Of a DNA stretch of 64,000 bases, positions 1-15,379 are shown piece after piece; within the stretch, counting starts at the first letter, position 1; each line of letters starts with the position of its first letter. The translations under genes were made by a program, and so were the position numbers. The notes below the pieces were generated by a model. That model made no database searches and was not told the origin of the DNA. It worked only from the letters and a program-made list of their open reading frames with translations. The DNA is from Microbotryum violaceum (Eukaryota), in NCBI GenBank assembly GCA_001244265.2, contig CDLV01000005.1, forward strand, positions 2,728,001 through 2,792,000, written 5' to 3'.

Positions 1-214
1 GTCCCAGCGACGGCTCAGCGGTCGAGGCGGTACGCAGAGGGTGGGAGATGACAAGTGGGTTCGGCTCGGACGGTGGGTCTTTGAATACTGTCACCAATTG
101 GTCGTGCTGGTGTTGTACTGGGTAGTACCGTCGATGCAGGGGATGCGGGTCCGGAGGATGCAAGAGGGCAACTAGCAGCTGATGTGCTCGCTCCACGCTG
201 GACTCGCCTCCGTC

Positions 215-254
215 AGCCTGAGCGAGCCTGAGCGAGCCTGAGCGAGCCCGAGTG
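215..254. repeat. 10-bp tandem repeat (AGCCTGAGCG), 3 perfect units plus 1 degenerate unit
   Basis: Read directly: agcctgagcg agcctgagcg agcctgagcg agcccgagtg. Confidence 0.85.
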
Positions 255-821
255 CCTCTGAGCTCCGTCCACGCCTTTACCAGGCTCGAGTTCGAACTCG
301 GGGGCCAAGTATTTTCGTACCGCGCCTTCTTCGCCAGCAGCTATTCAGAAAACTACATTTGCTAGGGTGAGCGAAAGTGCGGCTCTTTATCATTGCCCAC
401 ATATCCATCGGCCTCGCCGCTATCCTGAGGAGCAAGTGCGGATCTCCGCCAGCAACGGCGCCGCGGATTTCACACGAGCTCCGTGACGCATTGCTACGCA
501 CAACGCGCTCGTCGGGCCGGGTGTATTGATCAGACAACGAAGAACATCATTTTAAAGGTGTCCTGAAATTTTCTTGCGCAACGATGCGCCGGACATCCCA
601 CTTTTCGCTGACCAATAATACGCGCCGCGCCCTTTTCCCAGTTCAAAAGGGCTCGAGCGGCGAGCTGCCTGACGCCCTGACTCGGCTGGAGACGCCGCGC
701 GTTGTCTCTCGCGGTAGGCACGGTTGGACCTCCTCCCGTCCCCCTTCCCGCGTACGACCGACCGGGTAGGAGTGCTGCAGCCTCGTCGGGCCCGATTTGT
801 GAAGGACGGTCGTAGAACGCG

Positions 822-3800
822 ATGTCGAGCTTTTCGCTGAATGGACAACCGCTAACGGCCGAGAGGCTCAAGGGGATCCTCGGTACGTGGTGCACCTGCT
901 TCCCCCCTCCCCATCTCCCGTTCCCGCCTGCCCCTCCCCCTCCCCTCCTCTCCCGCGTCCGATCCCACCACGCTCTCGTGTCAACACACGGGCGACGGAC
1001 GACCTCCGACGCGTTGGCCGCCACCTCGCCGCACCGCCGCCTGCGTGCCTTCCGTCCTCTCCTCCCCATGCATTCGCTGGGCTTGTTGACGTGCGCCATC
1101 TACTAACGCTACCTCGCTCCATTTGGGCTCGTGATAGGCCGCATCCAACAGCTCAAGAACGAGGGCGCAAACGCGCAGAACTCGCCCGAACTGGTCAGCT
1201 TGTCCAACCTGGTCAAGGCACTCTCCCAGGCGCACCAGAAGCAACAGCAGCTCGCTCGCAGCAATGCCGCACCCAACGGACTCGCCCAATCCACGGCTGT
1301 GGCACCACCATCTGCACCCCAACGTAGGTTCCCCCGTGTTTCCCCCGCGTCGAGCACGCCTCGTCGCATCGCGTCTGAGCTGACCTGGCCCCTCGCGCCG
1401 CAGCCAATGGACTTCATACTGCGCCGAACGCCTCTGCGCCACCCTCTGCACTTCCACTCAACTCTGCCATGGCGCCGAATGATGCACTCGATACGTCAAC
1501 GTCCGTGCCCGCCCCTCCCGAGCAGTCGCGTTCACCACCCGTTGTGTCCTTCACCCCTGAGCAGGTCGCCTCGCTCAGATGTCAGGTCTGGGCCTTCAAG
1601 CTCTTGTCACGCAACCTCCCCGTCCCACTTCCCCTACAGCAGGCCATCTTCTCTCCCGCCGAGGCGGCCAAACTTGTCGCTCGTATTCCCGAAGGCGCCG
1701 ACCTCCAACCCGACACCTTCGATGCGAACGGCTTCACCGTCGCCGAAGTCCGAGCCGCGAGAGACAAGGCTTACGCTGATGAAGCACCGCTCGAACAGGT
1801 CGAGAACCCCAACAGCCTCGTCTACCCACACAACGCGTATGTGACGCCGAGAGAAGCGTTCGAGGCGTCGATGACGGGCCCGACAAAGCGCATGAACGTG
1901 CTCATCCCGACTCTGCTGCCCGAAGGCCTTGACCCGCTCGTACTGATGGAAGAGCGCGATCGGTTCATCGATGCTAGGATCCAGTTCCGCATCCGAGAGC
2001 TCGAAAGCTTTCCCTCGGATCTCTCGCAGGAGCCCGTCACTCTGGGTTCCGTCGCACACGATGACACTGATGACTTCGAGCGCAACGATCGATTGGCCAA
2101 GCAAAAGCTCAAGGCTCTGATCGAGCTCAAGTCGCTGACGCTCTTGTCGAAGCAAAAGGCGCTGAGGGAGAACATCATCCGAGGCCTGAACCAGGCGAGC
2201 TCGTTGTCGCTACCGGCCGATCGAGCCGCCTTCCGACGATCCAAGAAGCAGAGCCTGCGCGACGCCAGAGTGACCGAGCACCTCGAGCGCAAACAAAAGA
2301 TCGAACGCGAGAGGCGTGCCAAGCAGAAGCATCTCGACTCGTTGACCGAGATTGCGAACCATGGTCGCGATATGCTCATCGCCCATCGAGGTCATCAGGC
2401 CAAGTTTGGTCGACTGGGCAAAGCCGTGCTCAAGTTCCATGCCGATGCCGAGAAGGAAGAGGCGCGTCGTGTTGAGAGGGTCTCGAAGGAACGTTTGAAG
2501 GCGCTGCGAGCCGACGATGAAGAAGGGTACCTCAAACTCATCGACACGGCCAAGGATACACGTATCACCCATTTGCTGCGCCAGACCGATGCTTTCCTCG
2601 AGTCGCTCGCGGCTGCCGTCGTCGACCAGCAGAACGAGGCGCGTGTCGCAACAGCCGACGGGGCTGTCATCGAAGAAGTTCAGGAAAACACGGAGGCAGT
2701 TGACGAGTCACGCTTTGGTGCGGCACCCGTGTTCGAGGACGAGAAGAAGGACAAGGTCGACTACTACAATGTCGCGCATCGGATCAAAGAAACGATCACG
2801 AAGCAGCCTTCAATCCTCGTCGGTGGTGAACTCAAAGCCTACCAGATCAAAGGTCTCGAATGGATGGTGTCGCTCTACAACAACCACGTCAACGGTATCC
2901 TCGCCGACGAAATGGGTCTCGGCAAAACGATTCAAACGCTCAGTCTCATTACGTTCCTCATCGAGGTCAAAAAACAGAATGGGCCGTACCTCGTCATCGT
3001 GCCACTCTCGACGATGCCGAACTGGATATCCGAGTTTGAAAAATGGGCCCCTTCGGTGCGCATGATCTCGTACAAGGGTACGCCAGCACAACGCAAGAAC
3101 GCGCAGAACGAGATTCGTTCTGGCAATTTCCAAGTCTTGTTGACGACATACGAGTACATCATCAAGGATCGACCGTTGTTGGCCAAGATCAAGTGGTTGC
3201 ACATGATTATCGACGAAGGTCATCGTATGAAGAATGCGCAATCGAGACTCTCGATGACGCTGACGACGTACTACTCGTCGAGGTATCGACTCATTCTGAC
3301 CGGTACTCCGTTGCAGGTCAGTAGCCAAAACGTCTCTTATCCGATCCGTGGCAGCGTTCTGATTTCACCATTTTCTTTTCCGCAGAACAACTTGCCCGAG
3401 CTCTGGGCCTTACTCAACTTCGTCCTGCCCAAGATCTTCGGGTCGGTCAAATCGTTCGACGAATGGTTCAACGCCCCCTTCGCCAACACGGGTGGTCAGG
3501 ACAAGATCGAGATCAACGAAGAAGAATCGCTTCTCGTCATCCGACGTCTGCACAAGGTGTTGCGACCCTTCCTGCTGCGTCGCTTGAAGAAGGACGTCGA
3601 GTCTGATTTGCCCGACAAGGTCGAACGCGTGATCAAGTGCAAGATGAGCTCACTGCAACTCAAGCTGACGAAGCAGATCAAGGAGCACGGTATGATCTTC
3701 ACCGATGGACCGACCGAGGGCAACTCCAAGGCGACGGGTATCCGCGGTCTGCAAAACCAGATCATGCAACTGCGCAAGATTTGCAATCACCCTTTCGTGT

Positions 3801-5646
3801 TCGACGCTGTCGAATCGTCGATCAACCCGACGCAAATCTCGGACGCCACTTTGTACCGTGTGGCGGGCAAGTTTGAAGTCTTGGATCGCATCTTGCCCAA
3901 ACTGTTCGCCTCGGGCCATCGCGTGCTCATGTTCTTCCAAATGACGACGGTCATGACAATTTTCGAGGACTACCTCAACTTCCGCCGTATCGCGCACTTG
4001 CGCCTCGACGGTACGACCAAGCACGAGGATCGTTCGTCGTTGCTCAAGGCGTTCAACGACCCCAACTCGCAGTACCCCATCTTCATCCTCTCGACCCGTG
4101 CCGGTGGTCTCGGTTTGAACTTGCAAACGGCCGATACGGTCATCATCTTTGATTCGGATTGGAACCCTCACCAGGATTTGCAGGCGCAGGATCGTGCGCA
4201 TCGTATCGGACAAAAGAAGGAGGTGCGCATCTTGCGACTCGTGACCGAAAGGTCGATCGAAGAACATGTCATGGCCGGGGCTTCGCGCAAGATCGAGATG
4301 GACAAAAAGGTCATTCAAGCCGGTCGATACGACAACAAGTCGACGGCCGAGGAACGAGACGAGTATCTTCGTGCGTTGCTTGAGGGTGGGGACGAAGAGG
4401 ACGAGGATCAAGAGGACGACGTCGATGAAGCCGAGGCGTTGAACGAGGCGATCGCTCGATCCGAAGAGGAACGCGCCTTGTTCTCGCAGATGGACAAGGA
4501 TCGTCGACGGGCAGAAGAGGCCGCCTGGCACGCTTCGGGTCAAACAGGCAAACTTCCCGAGCGCCTGATTGCGGAATGGGAATTGCCCGCGGTGTACCGT
4601 ATGGAACACAAGCGCGAAATTGTCGAAGACGAGATCGTTGATGGGCAGCGACGCGCTCGTACGAATGTGCAGTACGACGATGGGATGTCGGAAGAACAAT
4701 GGGATCGATCAATGCGCGTCGAGGACGACGACGAAATGCCGCAACCCAAGAGGAGGGGTCGACCGCCGAAGAACAAGAACTTGTTGGCCGGTGGGTTCGA
4801 TAGCGACTCGACGAACAGTGGGAGGAACCGAGGGGCGCGAGGGACGCCCGACCCTTCGACACCGAGAGGACTCAAGAGGGGTCGTCCCGTCCGCGCCGCC
4901 GTGTCGTCGAGCGTCGTCACGTCGGATGATTCGGATTCGGGATCGGATAGCGATTCGGGCAATGCCAAAAGGCGTAAAGTGCATCTCACACCGGAGCAGG
5001 AGGGTCTCAAGGGGATCGCCGATCAGTGCCTCGCCAAGATGGAGGCCCTCGATAATGTACGTTTTCGTCTGAGATTGCTGTGAAGGTGATGGTGCTTATT
5101 CTATCTTGGCGCACTTTCAGCCAACCATGCACCATCAATGCACGGGTCTGTTCAACCAATTGCCGAGTAAACGCGACTACCCCGACTACTACACCATCAT
5201 TCGTGACCCCATCGTGCGTTCTCGGTGGTTCTCATTCCGTGCCTCAGTCGTGTACTCATGTTGGCCTCATCGGCGCCCACAGAGCTTGAAGGAGATTAAG
5301 AAAAAGATCAACACGGGCAGGTACGCGACATTGAGCGCTTTCGAGGCAGACGTGCATCTCATGTTGCGCAACGCCATGACGTACAACGACGACGGGAGTG
5401 TGAGTGTTGGGTGCTCGTGTGTGAGTGGAGAATGACGTTCGGGAAGCTGATAAGACTTCTCGTATTTGACAACTCTACAGGTCGTGTACCACGACGCCCG
5501 GATGCTCAAGGTCAGTCGAGAGAGTCCGCACTCTTGTCCCTGACTTGCACGTTTACTGAACCTCTTCACATTCTTCTCGTTTACAGCAAGTGTTTGACAC
5601 CAAATACCGCGAGATGATCGGAGGCGGGGCAGCTGCTCAGTACTGA
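822..5646 (+). CDS. SNF21: SWI/SNF-RSC family chromatin-remodelling ATPase (Sth1/Snf21/Snf2-like), multi-exon
   Basis: ATG at 822. Introns at 883-1137 (TACTAAC branch), 1324-1403, 3317-3385 (in frame, retained in the ORF track), 5057-5120 and three more in the bromodomain. Motifs: QLQ- and HSA-like regions, ILADEMGLGKT, DEGH, LTGTPLQ, STRAGGLGLN, QAQDRAHRIGQ, AT-hook-like RRGRPPK, bromodomain (YPDYYTII...NAMTYN). Stop TGA at 5644-5646. Confidence 0.93.
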
Positions 5647-6420
5647 TGCGGCTTCTGCGTCAGGTGGAGGGGAAGCGAAGTCCATGAAGCGAGACTTCAG
5701 GATTTGTTTATGTGTATGTTGCCCAGTATTTTGTACGATTGTGAATCAGTTCCTGGTCCTTTGAATGTGCTTTTCGTCCGCGAATTGAAGCGAGGTCTCG
5801 CTTGTGGTCGCTTGAGAAGCTCGCGGCCGGGCGGTGACATCAGAGAGGTCCGTGCGCGTTGCCGAGCTAGACCAAGGGTTCTCAGCCTCGGTGAAACGTT
5901 GCCTTGGCGTGTGGTGATCACCACGACGCTCATCCGAATCATCTGCTCTCAGCGCCAGAGACGGTGGTGAGTCTTCCAGGTCACAGACGCTGCTCATGAA
6001 AAGAATCTTGGCCCGTTGCTGATGTTCGTGTGCTCTAAATCACGCTGTTGTTCAATACCATTGCCCGCCCGCCGCCCGCGGTCTTTAATCGCTGGAATCT
6101 GGCTGCGCTGCTCGTTATCGTCGGCCGGTACTTGATGGCCGTGATCGGCTGGCTCGGCTTGGGACTGACGCTTGCTTCGACGGAATTCCACTGCCTGCCC
6201 CTGCCTGTCTGCTTTGCCTGCGCCTGCGCTCATTCTCCCGCACGCTCCCCTTCTCTCCCCCTCGCTCCCCTCGCTCCCCTGCCGCCGGCCATCCGCTGCA
6301 ACACCCCCTCTCTCTCCTTCGCGCCACGCTGGCTCACCGCAATCAGATCCCCCACCTCGGTCGCCTCGCATCCCCTACTTACCCCCGCATCCACGCTCCC
6401 ACACCCCCATAGATTCAAAA

Positions 6421-7679
6421 ATGCCCGAAGGTAAGCCCCCGTGTGCCGAATGCCGAATGCTGATTGATGCTGATGATACTGTGACTCAACTGACGTCGTA
6501 TCGTCCGCGCCGCTGCCCTGCCTTCCTGTACCTCGCACTCCCCGCACTACCCGCACTACCCGCACTACCACCAACCCACGCACTCCAACCCTGCAGCTCA
6601 AGCCCCTTCGAAAGCCGCGCCCCCACCGGTGCTGTACGAGTTCAAGAACCCGGACGAGCTCTCCAAAGCACTCGCCTCCTTCGTGCTCGCGGCCCAGGAC
6701 GAAGCCCTCAAGAAGCAGAACACCTTCAAGATCGCCATCTCGGGTGGTTCGTTGCCCAAAGTGCTCGGCCAGGACTTGTTTGGTCGCGATGGCGTAAAGT
6801 GGGACAAGTGGTCAGTCAAGTCGGGCACTCTGGTCGGGACCTCGTTATCGCTCGGGGAGAGGGAGGCCGTTCAATGCAGCAGCAGCTACTGACGCCCGTT
6901 CCTCTCTCTACAACTACTTCAATACGATCAGGGAAGTCTTCTTCGCCGACGAGCGACTGGTTCCACTCGACCACGAAGACTCCAACTTCCGCGCCAACGA
7001 CGAGGAGCTCTTCTCCAAAGTGCCTATCCCGCGCGAGAACATCCACGTTATCGACACCAACCACCTCGACGATCCCGAACACGTCGCGGACGAGTACGAG
7101 AAGCAGATGATCAAGACCTTTGTTGAGGGGTCCAACTCAATCGCCTTCCCGCGCTTTGATCTCATCTTGCTCGGAATTGGGTGCGTAGAGGCGCGACGAG
7201 AGAGGAGAGTCAAGCTTATCATGAAAGGACGTAATTGACGATTAAACTTGCATAATCTTCTCGCTCGAACAGCCCTGACGGACACACGTGCTCGCTCTTC
7301 CCGGGACACGAACTGCTCGAGGAAGTCGACGGCTGGGTCGCGTACCTCGTGGACTCGCCCAAGCCTCCGGCCTCGCGCATCACCCTCACCTTCCCCGTCC
7401 TGAATCATGCGCACCGAGTCGCCTTCGTCGCCTCCGGTGCGGGGAAACAGGACATCCTGCACCGTGCGTTGGACAAGCCGGAAGAGGGGCTGCCATGCTC
7501 GAGGGTCAAGGTCAAGAACCCTGGCCAAGTGTACTGGTTCTCGGACGAAGCGGCGTTGAAGTCAGTCTCTTTGTGTTCTTCGCTTCATCTTGTTGGGTTA
7601 TCTCACTGATCACTGGATCATTGAATTGCACAGGGAGGTATCGTACAACCGGACTCCGTTCGAATCCGCCAAATTATGA
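6421..7679 (+). CDS. SOL3: 6-phosphogluconolactonase with C-terminal PTS1-like AKL
   Basis: Spliced exons give [39 protein letters not shown] and [15 protein letters not shown]. Last exon 7634-7679 encodes ...FESAKL*. Confidence 0.92.
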
Positions 7680-8438
7680 TCGCTGTTCATTTCTACTCTA
7701 CTTGATTGTCTACTTATGCCTCTCCTTCCACCTTCCTCCCCGCCCACCTGTCCACCGCTTTGTTTAATAACTCCCTTTACTCACTCTCCTTGCCCATCCC
7801 TTGACCTCGAAGCACCCTCCATCCTCTCCTCCGTATACGCTCACGCTCCCATCTCGCTTGCCCTTTCTTTTCTTTCTCGTGCGTGTGCTTTTGTGTTTTT
7901 GTGCATTCTTTTCTTTCAAAAACGAAAACCAGAGGGAACCATTTCCCGAAATGGCTGTCCCAGAACGGAGTCGTTCCTTTCCGTGAGAATGAAGCCCCCT
8001 CCCCCCTCTCCGAACAGTGAGCATGATGAAAACATCTAGGATTGTAGCTCGATGGAATTGACAAAGAAGAAAAGTGGGGAAAAAGGGGGAAAGGGAAAGA
8101 CGCGAAGAAACACAAAAACGAAGAAAAGGAGAAGAGAGAAAAAGAGAAGAATGAAGAATGAAAATGCAAAGGGAGAAAAAGAGCAAGGCTATGAAGAAGA
8201 AAAAGCAATGAAGCAAACTTGTAGGGTGAAGCTTGATGAGAAATAGAACAGAAGAGTGAGTAGGGTATGATTAGGAAATGGGGTGGTGGGTGGTGATTCC
8301 GGGCCTTGGGCTGGTGGCGACAAGGGTAGAGAGCGATTCTGGAAGGGCCATTAAGATTGGAGCTCGGGGGTCACAGACTTGCGTGAGCACGGTAGTGGCA
8401 GGAGTGTGTACAGGGAACGACCAGGTGTAGGTATGAGA

Positions 8439-11236
<2,798 letters not shown>

Positions 11237-12329
11237 TCAGGCAGGCAGGCGGGCGGGTTAAGGCGAGACAAGTGGCGATCAGCGTCGGTCGTCCGAGCGA
11301 GTGAACGGAGGTCACGGGTGAGGGTGCAATGGGTACGGTCAGCTCGTGCGGTAATGAGTGGCGGGTTCAGATGCACATGCTCGGTGTATGCACGAGAGGA
11401 GAGGTCGAGGCTTTATAGTAGGTACCGTAAGCAAGACGGAGTGGCAGAGGCAGAGCTACGCCCGAACGCCAGCCAGCGTTACGCGCGCCACTCGTGGATA
11501 AGCACGCCCGCTCAGGTTGGCGCCGATTGCCTCGTGCCAGCGGTCATGCAGCTGATGCCGCATTGCCGACGCGCTTGGCGATCGGACAGTCAAGATGGGG
11601 AGCACCGAGAGGAAATGTGCCGTGGAGGAATTAAAATCCTAAACTTCGACAAATGGGGTCGTGCACGGTGGCCGGAGCGTAGACAGAAGGATCGTCGAGT
11701 CGCCAATAATGGAAGGTCCGAGCACCTGCAGCCAGCGGCGTCGGCAAGGCGGGAGGCACCATCGTGGGCCAAACCCTTACTTTCCCCAGAAAGCCGAAGC
11801 TTGAAGATAAACGGCAGGCGCATCTGACGCGGCATTCACGGGCCTCGTCCAATCGAGCGTCGGAACCATTCAATCATCTGCACGGACGGCCAGTGGATGC
11901 GCATACAACCACACCTTGCCATCACCACCATCATGCCCCCGTAGATGACGAACAGAGGGAGCAACTCACTGTGAGGGCATGGCAACACCCAGGTTCTCTG
12001 TACAGCTTCAGGTAGTCGTTTACTTCGAATTCGGTGAGCGGGTGAGCGTCGTCGCCACTGTGCGCTACTGAGCGATCGCTGCACCGTCGGTAAGCTGCGA
12101 CCTCGGATGTCCGCTGCAGCGTCAGTGACCAAATTAAAATCACTGCTGAGGAGTGGATTCAGTCCAGGATTGAAAATCTGATGAAGTGGATCAAACGAAG
12201 GTATCTATCGCGCCTAGAACGGCAATTGGCGGTGGACTGGATGAAGCAATGATTCCGAGGGCAAGCTTCTCCGGGCCAGCACTGGTCTCGATCGTGAAAC
12301 GGGCGGGTCGGCGCCTGAGCACTAAAAAT

Positions 12330-12675
12330 TGTCAGATCACGTCATCGAGGTATATCTATCGTATCACATACAATTCGAGTAAACAGCAACTCGTACAACG
12401 TGTTCCCTCTGAAAGGGTTGCAAACACTGTGGGGATACTTCGCAATCTCACGATTTGTTGGATCGGCGCTGCAACTGCCTGTTCAATGTACGAGTCAACG
12501 GATACCGAAGACTGTGTCGGTGGCGTCTCGCAAATCCTATGAAGCCTCCCAGACTTGATAAAAACTGACCAGGTAAATCGACGGCTACGGTGTGCACCGC
12601 GGCGTTCATCTGGCTTCGGTGTCCGTCTGCCGACGGCGAGTCTCCCGAAACATTTCGAGATCAAAAGGTCTGACA
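12330..12675. mobile_element. candidate solo LTR (or small TIR element), 346 bp
   Basis: Begins TGTCAGA and ends TCTGACA (TG...CA with 7-bp inverted termini). No credible ORF. No matching 4-5 bp target-site duplication. Confidence 0.5.
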
Positions 12676-13679
12676 ATGTTCCGGCGGTACGATGGAGTCG
12701 TCACTGGCGTGCAGTACATCCACTCTCGGCCTTTGCGCCCACAGGCGAGCCCCTAACCTACGATTTTTTTCAGCTAAATTTACGAGTCGACACGTTGCAA
12801 CCACCAGCCTTATGGCAGGGGTATGATTCGGCCCCAGCGGCCCATCATCATTCCACCAGTGCTACCACTAGCGCCGCTGCTTGGTCTTCGACAGGCGCCA
12901 GTCCCATCTGAAACATTGGGTTCACCCTGCCCCTCGCGTCGGGCCCAAATGTGAGACGCGACTTTCTGGGATGGATTCAGGCCGAAAATTGACCCATTAC
13001 AGATGACGACAAACTTTGTTGACCTTCGGCCAGTCCGTACACCACAGAAGGCACAACGTCCAGCAAAACGCTTGACATTGAGGTCAGCAGTCGTAGGTGC
13101 CAAAGTACCAAAGCGGGTTCACGAAATAAGATAGGGCTGGGGTCAAACACCTCGCCGTCGGTGCGGCGGTCGAATGAAAGTGCCCGATCACAATTTTATG
13201 CCATGTGCGCGGGAAGCAGTCGAAGGCGGCTCACCTAGCGGCGCGCTAGACACAGAGCACAGTTCAAACTTCTCGCACGTTTTATTATAGAGGTTTGAAC
13301 GTGCTTGACCGGGGGTAGATTAATGTGAACGAGGGCTCGGGGGCGCGATGCGCCCACCCACCTTCCTGGGGTTTTCAAGGTCGTTGCGAGCTCCGCCCGC
13401 ACCTCCCGACCGTGGGGGAAAATGAAGGATCGGCGCGAGAAATGCTTATTTGATGGAGGTGTTTTGTGGTGCACGATTATAAGTAGATGTTGATTTGATA
13501 GACATATATCTAAGTAGATGTAGTTCTTCAAAGAGGTAGGGATTTGGGGCAACCTCTCGAAAAAGTGTCTCCACTGGTGTTCAACATCAACAGCTATCAG
13601 ATCGGTGGCCGTTGAACTCCTCCCCCACATGAATCACCAAAGACCAGACACCTGCTGCCTAAATTACCCACACCTGATT

Positions 13680-14018
13680 TGTTATGACGAGTACCTAACT
13701 AGCAATAGGGAGCCATCTAGTCACCTACCTAGCTACTAGTGGGTCAGGAAGCCCAGAGCGCCTCCGCCGTGCGCCGCGCCTGCGGCGCGCCCGTTGTGAA
13801 ACCCATTCTAGTCTTCGTAGCTTAGACTTTGACCTTCTCTTGCGTTGAATCTTATCTCATCTCATCTCATCTCATATCCTCCCTTCCGTTGAGAATCGTG
13901 TGCAGTGCCGTCAGAACCTCCTGCTCCACTAGGTAGTCTACTCAGCCATCAGCATCATTATCACCCTGGGTCCCGCATGCCACAGGTTGTCGGTCCGTTG
14001 CAGAAGGCCTCGTCAACA
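13680..14018. mobile_element. candidate solo LTR, 339 bp
   Basis: Begins TGTTATGACGAG and ends CTCGTCAACA (imperfect inverted termini, TG...CA). Internal (ATCTC)n tract near 13854-13875. No TSD seen. Confidence 0.45.
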
Positions 14019-15379
14019 AGGCTTTGCGGTGACTCTGAAAGCTTTGCCATTTAGGGGTGTGTCAACCGAAGGTCAGAAAACACTCTGGGCGCTCAGGTGT
14101 AGACGAAAGTATCAATCAACATGAAACTCCTTAATGCCTGTGCTGATTCTTGACCAAACGGTGCGCTTGGGCCGGTAGTGGCAACCTCGTCGAGTGATCG
14201 GAGTCGAGCGACCAGAGCCCGACATATTCGAGGTGCAACCTGACAGCCACGCTGAACCGTGGACGCCCCTATGGTAGGGAGCCTAATATCGTACTCACTC
14301 GTGTGGGCTCACAAGAGGCTCCACAGCACCAGAGAACTCCGTATCCACCTCCTCGAGCGGCGGGCACGTCGGCTTCGAAGATCTTTCACCCCAAGTCGTT
14401 CGATCCTCAGCACGTGACGGCAGCGTCACTCTCGGGCAACTCCCGTACCCTTGCACTAGAATATGAAACCGACCCGCGTCAGACCTCCCAACCTCAGGAA
14501 ACCCTTGTCTGGTAACTCATCAAATTACCTCAACTGGGTCTACATCATGTCAGACGTGGAGACCGCCCGGGAGCAGGATTTCTTTCGGCGAGCAAGACTT
14601 ACGTGCGCATAAACGTTCGAGGCTTGAGTGGCGGTCCAGTTGAGCGGGTGGGCGGGGTAACAGCTAGAGACGGGACTCGCGCTTCGGAAATTAGGGTTCG
14701 TGCTGTTTGAAGAGCCACTTGAACAGCTTGTAGGCCAATCAACGTTCGTACGACAGAAACAGTGGGCTGCCGCCTGGGTACGTACGTACCCACCGAAACC
14801 TTCCGAGACCAGTGGGTTCCAACGGTGCAGCGTTTAAGCTCGACAACCAAGTGGCCGTGCACTGCGCACGGAGCCCCTTTTCCTTCCACTTGCATTGTGG
14901 CAAATTGTCGCGGAGACAGTACTGTACTGTCGACGGCTACAAGAAAGTCCGAGCTCGTTGAGTGGGCAAAAGCCTTGGCAGGAAGAACTGGCTGCTCGCT
15001 TCTTCAGGTACACACCGTCAGCCGCCTGCCCCCTGACCCGACTACTTACCTGTCGAGTAATCCAGCATACGAAGGACTTCAAACCTCCTAAGTAGGTAGG
15101 TACGCACCTGGGTTACCATCAGATTGTGTTCAACGTCAGACGAGAATGTGCGCAGCGGTCTGGTGCGCGCAACTCACAACTTCGGACCCAAGGCCACGCA
15201 GATGTGAGGCTAGCCATAGCCCTCGGAATGATGGGGTACGCACGCCCTTTACCTCTCTGTCTGTCATGGTCTCTAGCATAGGTAGTGTCTCGTCACCCCC
15301 CCCCCCCCTCCCCCCATTTTATCGTGAAAGCACTCAGGTTGCAATTCCAACCTGTTCAAGGCCCGGCAATGCCGGCTTC

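Noticed and set aside
281-307. tRNA-like GTTCGAA hairpin followed by CCA
   Set aside because: No acceptor, D or anticodon arms, and the loop size is wrong.
1582-5010. Long antisense ORFs over SNF21 (and likewise over the ABC and DSF2-like genes)
   Set aside because: Expected shadows of GC-rich codon usage.
5697-6434. Several short ORFs between SNF21 and 6PGL
   Set aside because: No recognisable motifs or consistent splice model; probably UTR or promoter.
12810-13103. ORF with CAFCG...ASHI, reminiscent of fungal HNH nucleases
   Set aside because: The downstream N and H motifs were not found in the frames inspected; too weak to call.
13215-13249. Hairpin plus CTAG resembling a Helitron 3' end
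   Set aside because: Stem is mismatched, it is not followed by T, and there is no associated 5' end.
14303-15095. Broken ORFs that might be a decayed gene
   Set aside because: Multiple stops and no identifiable family.
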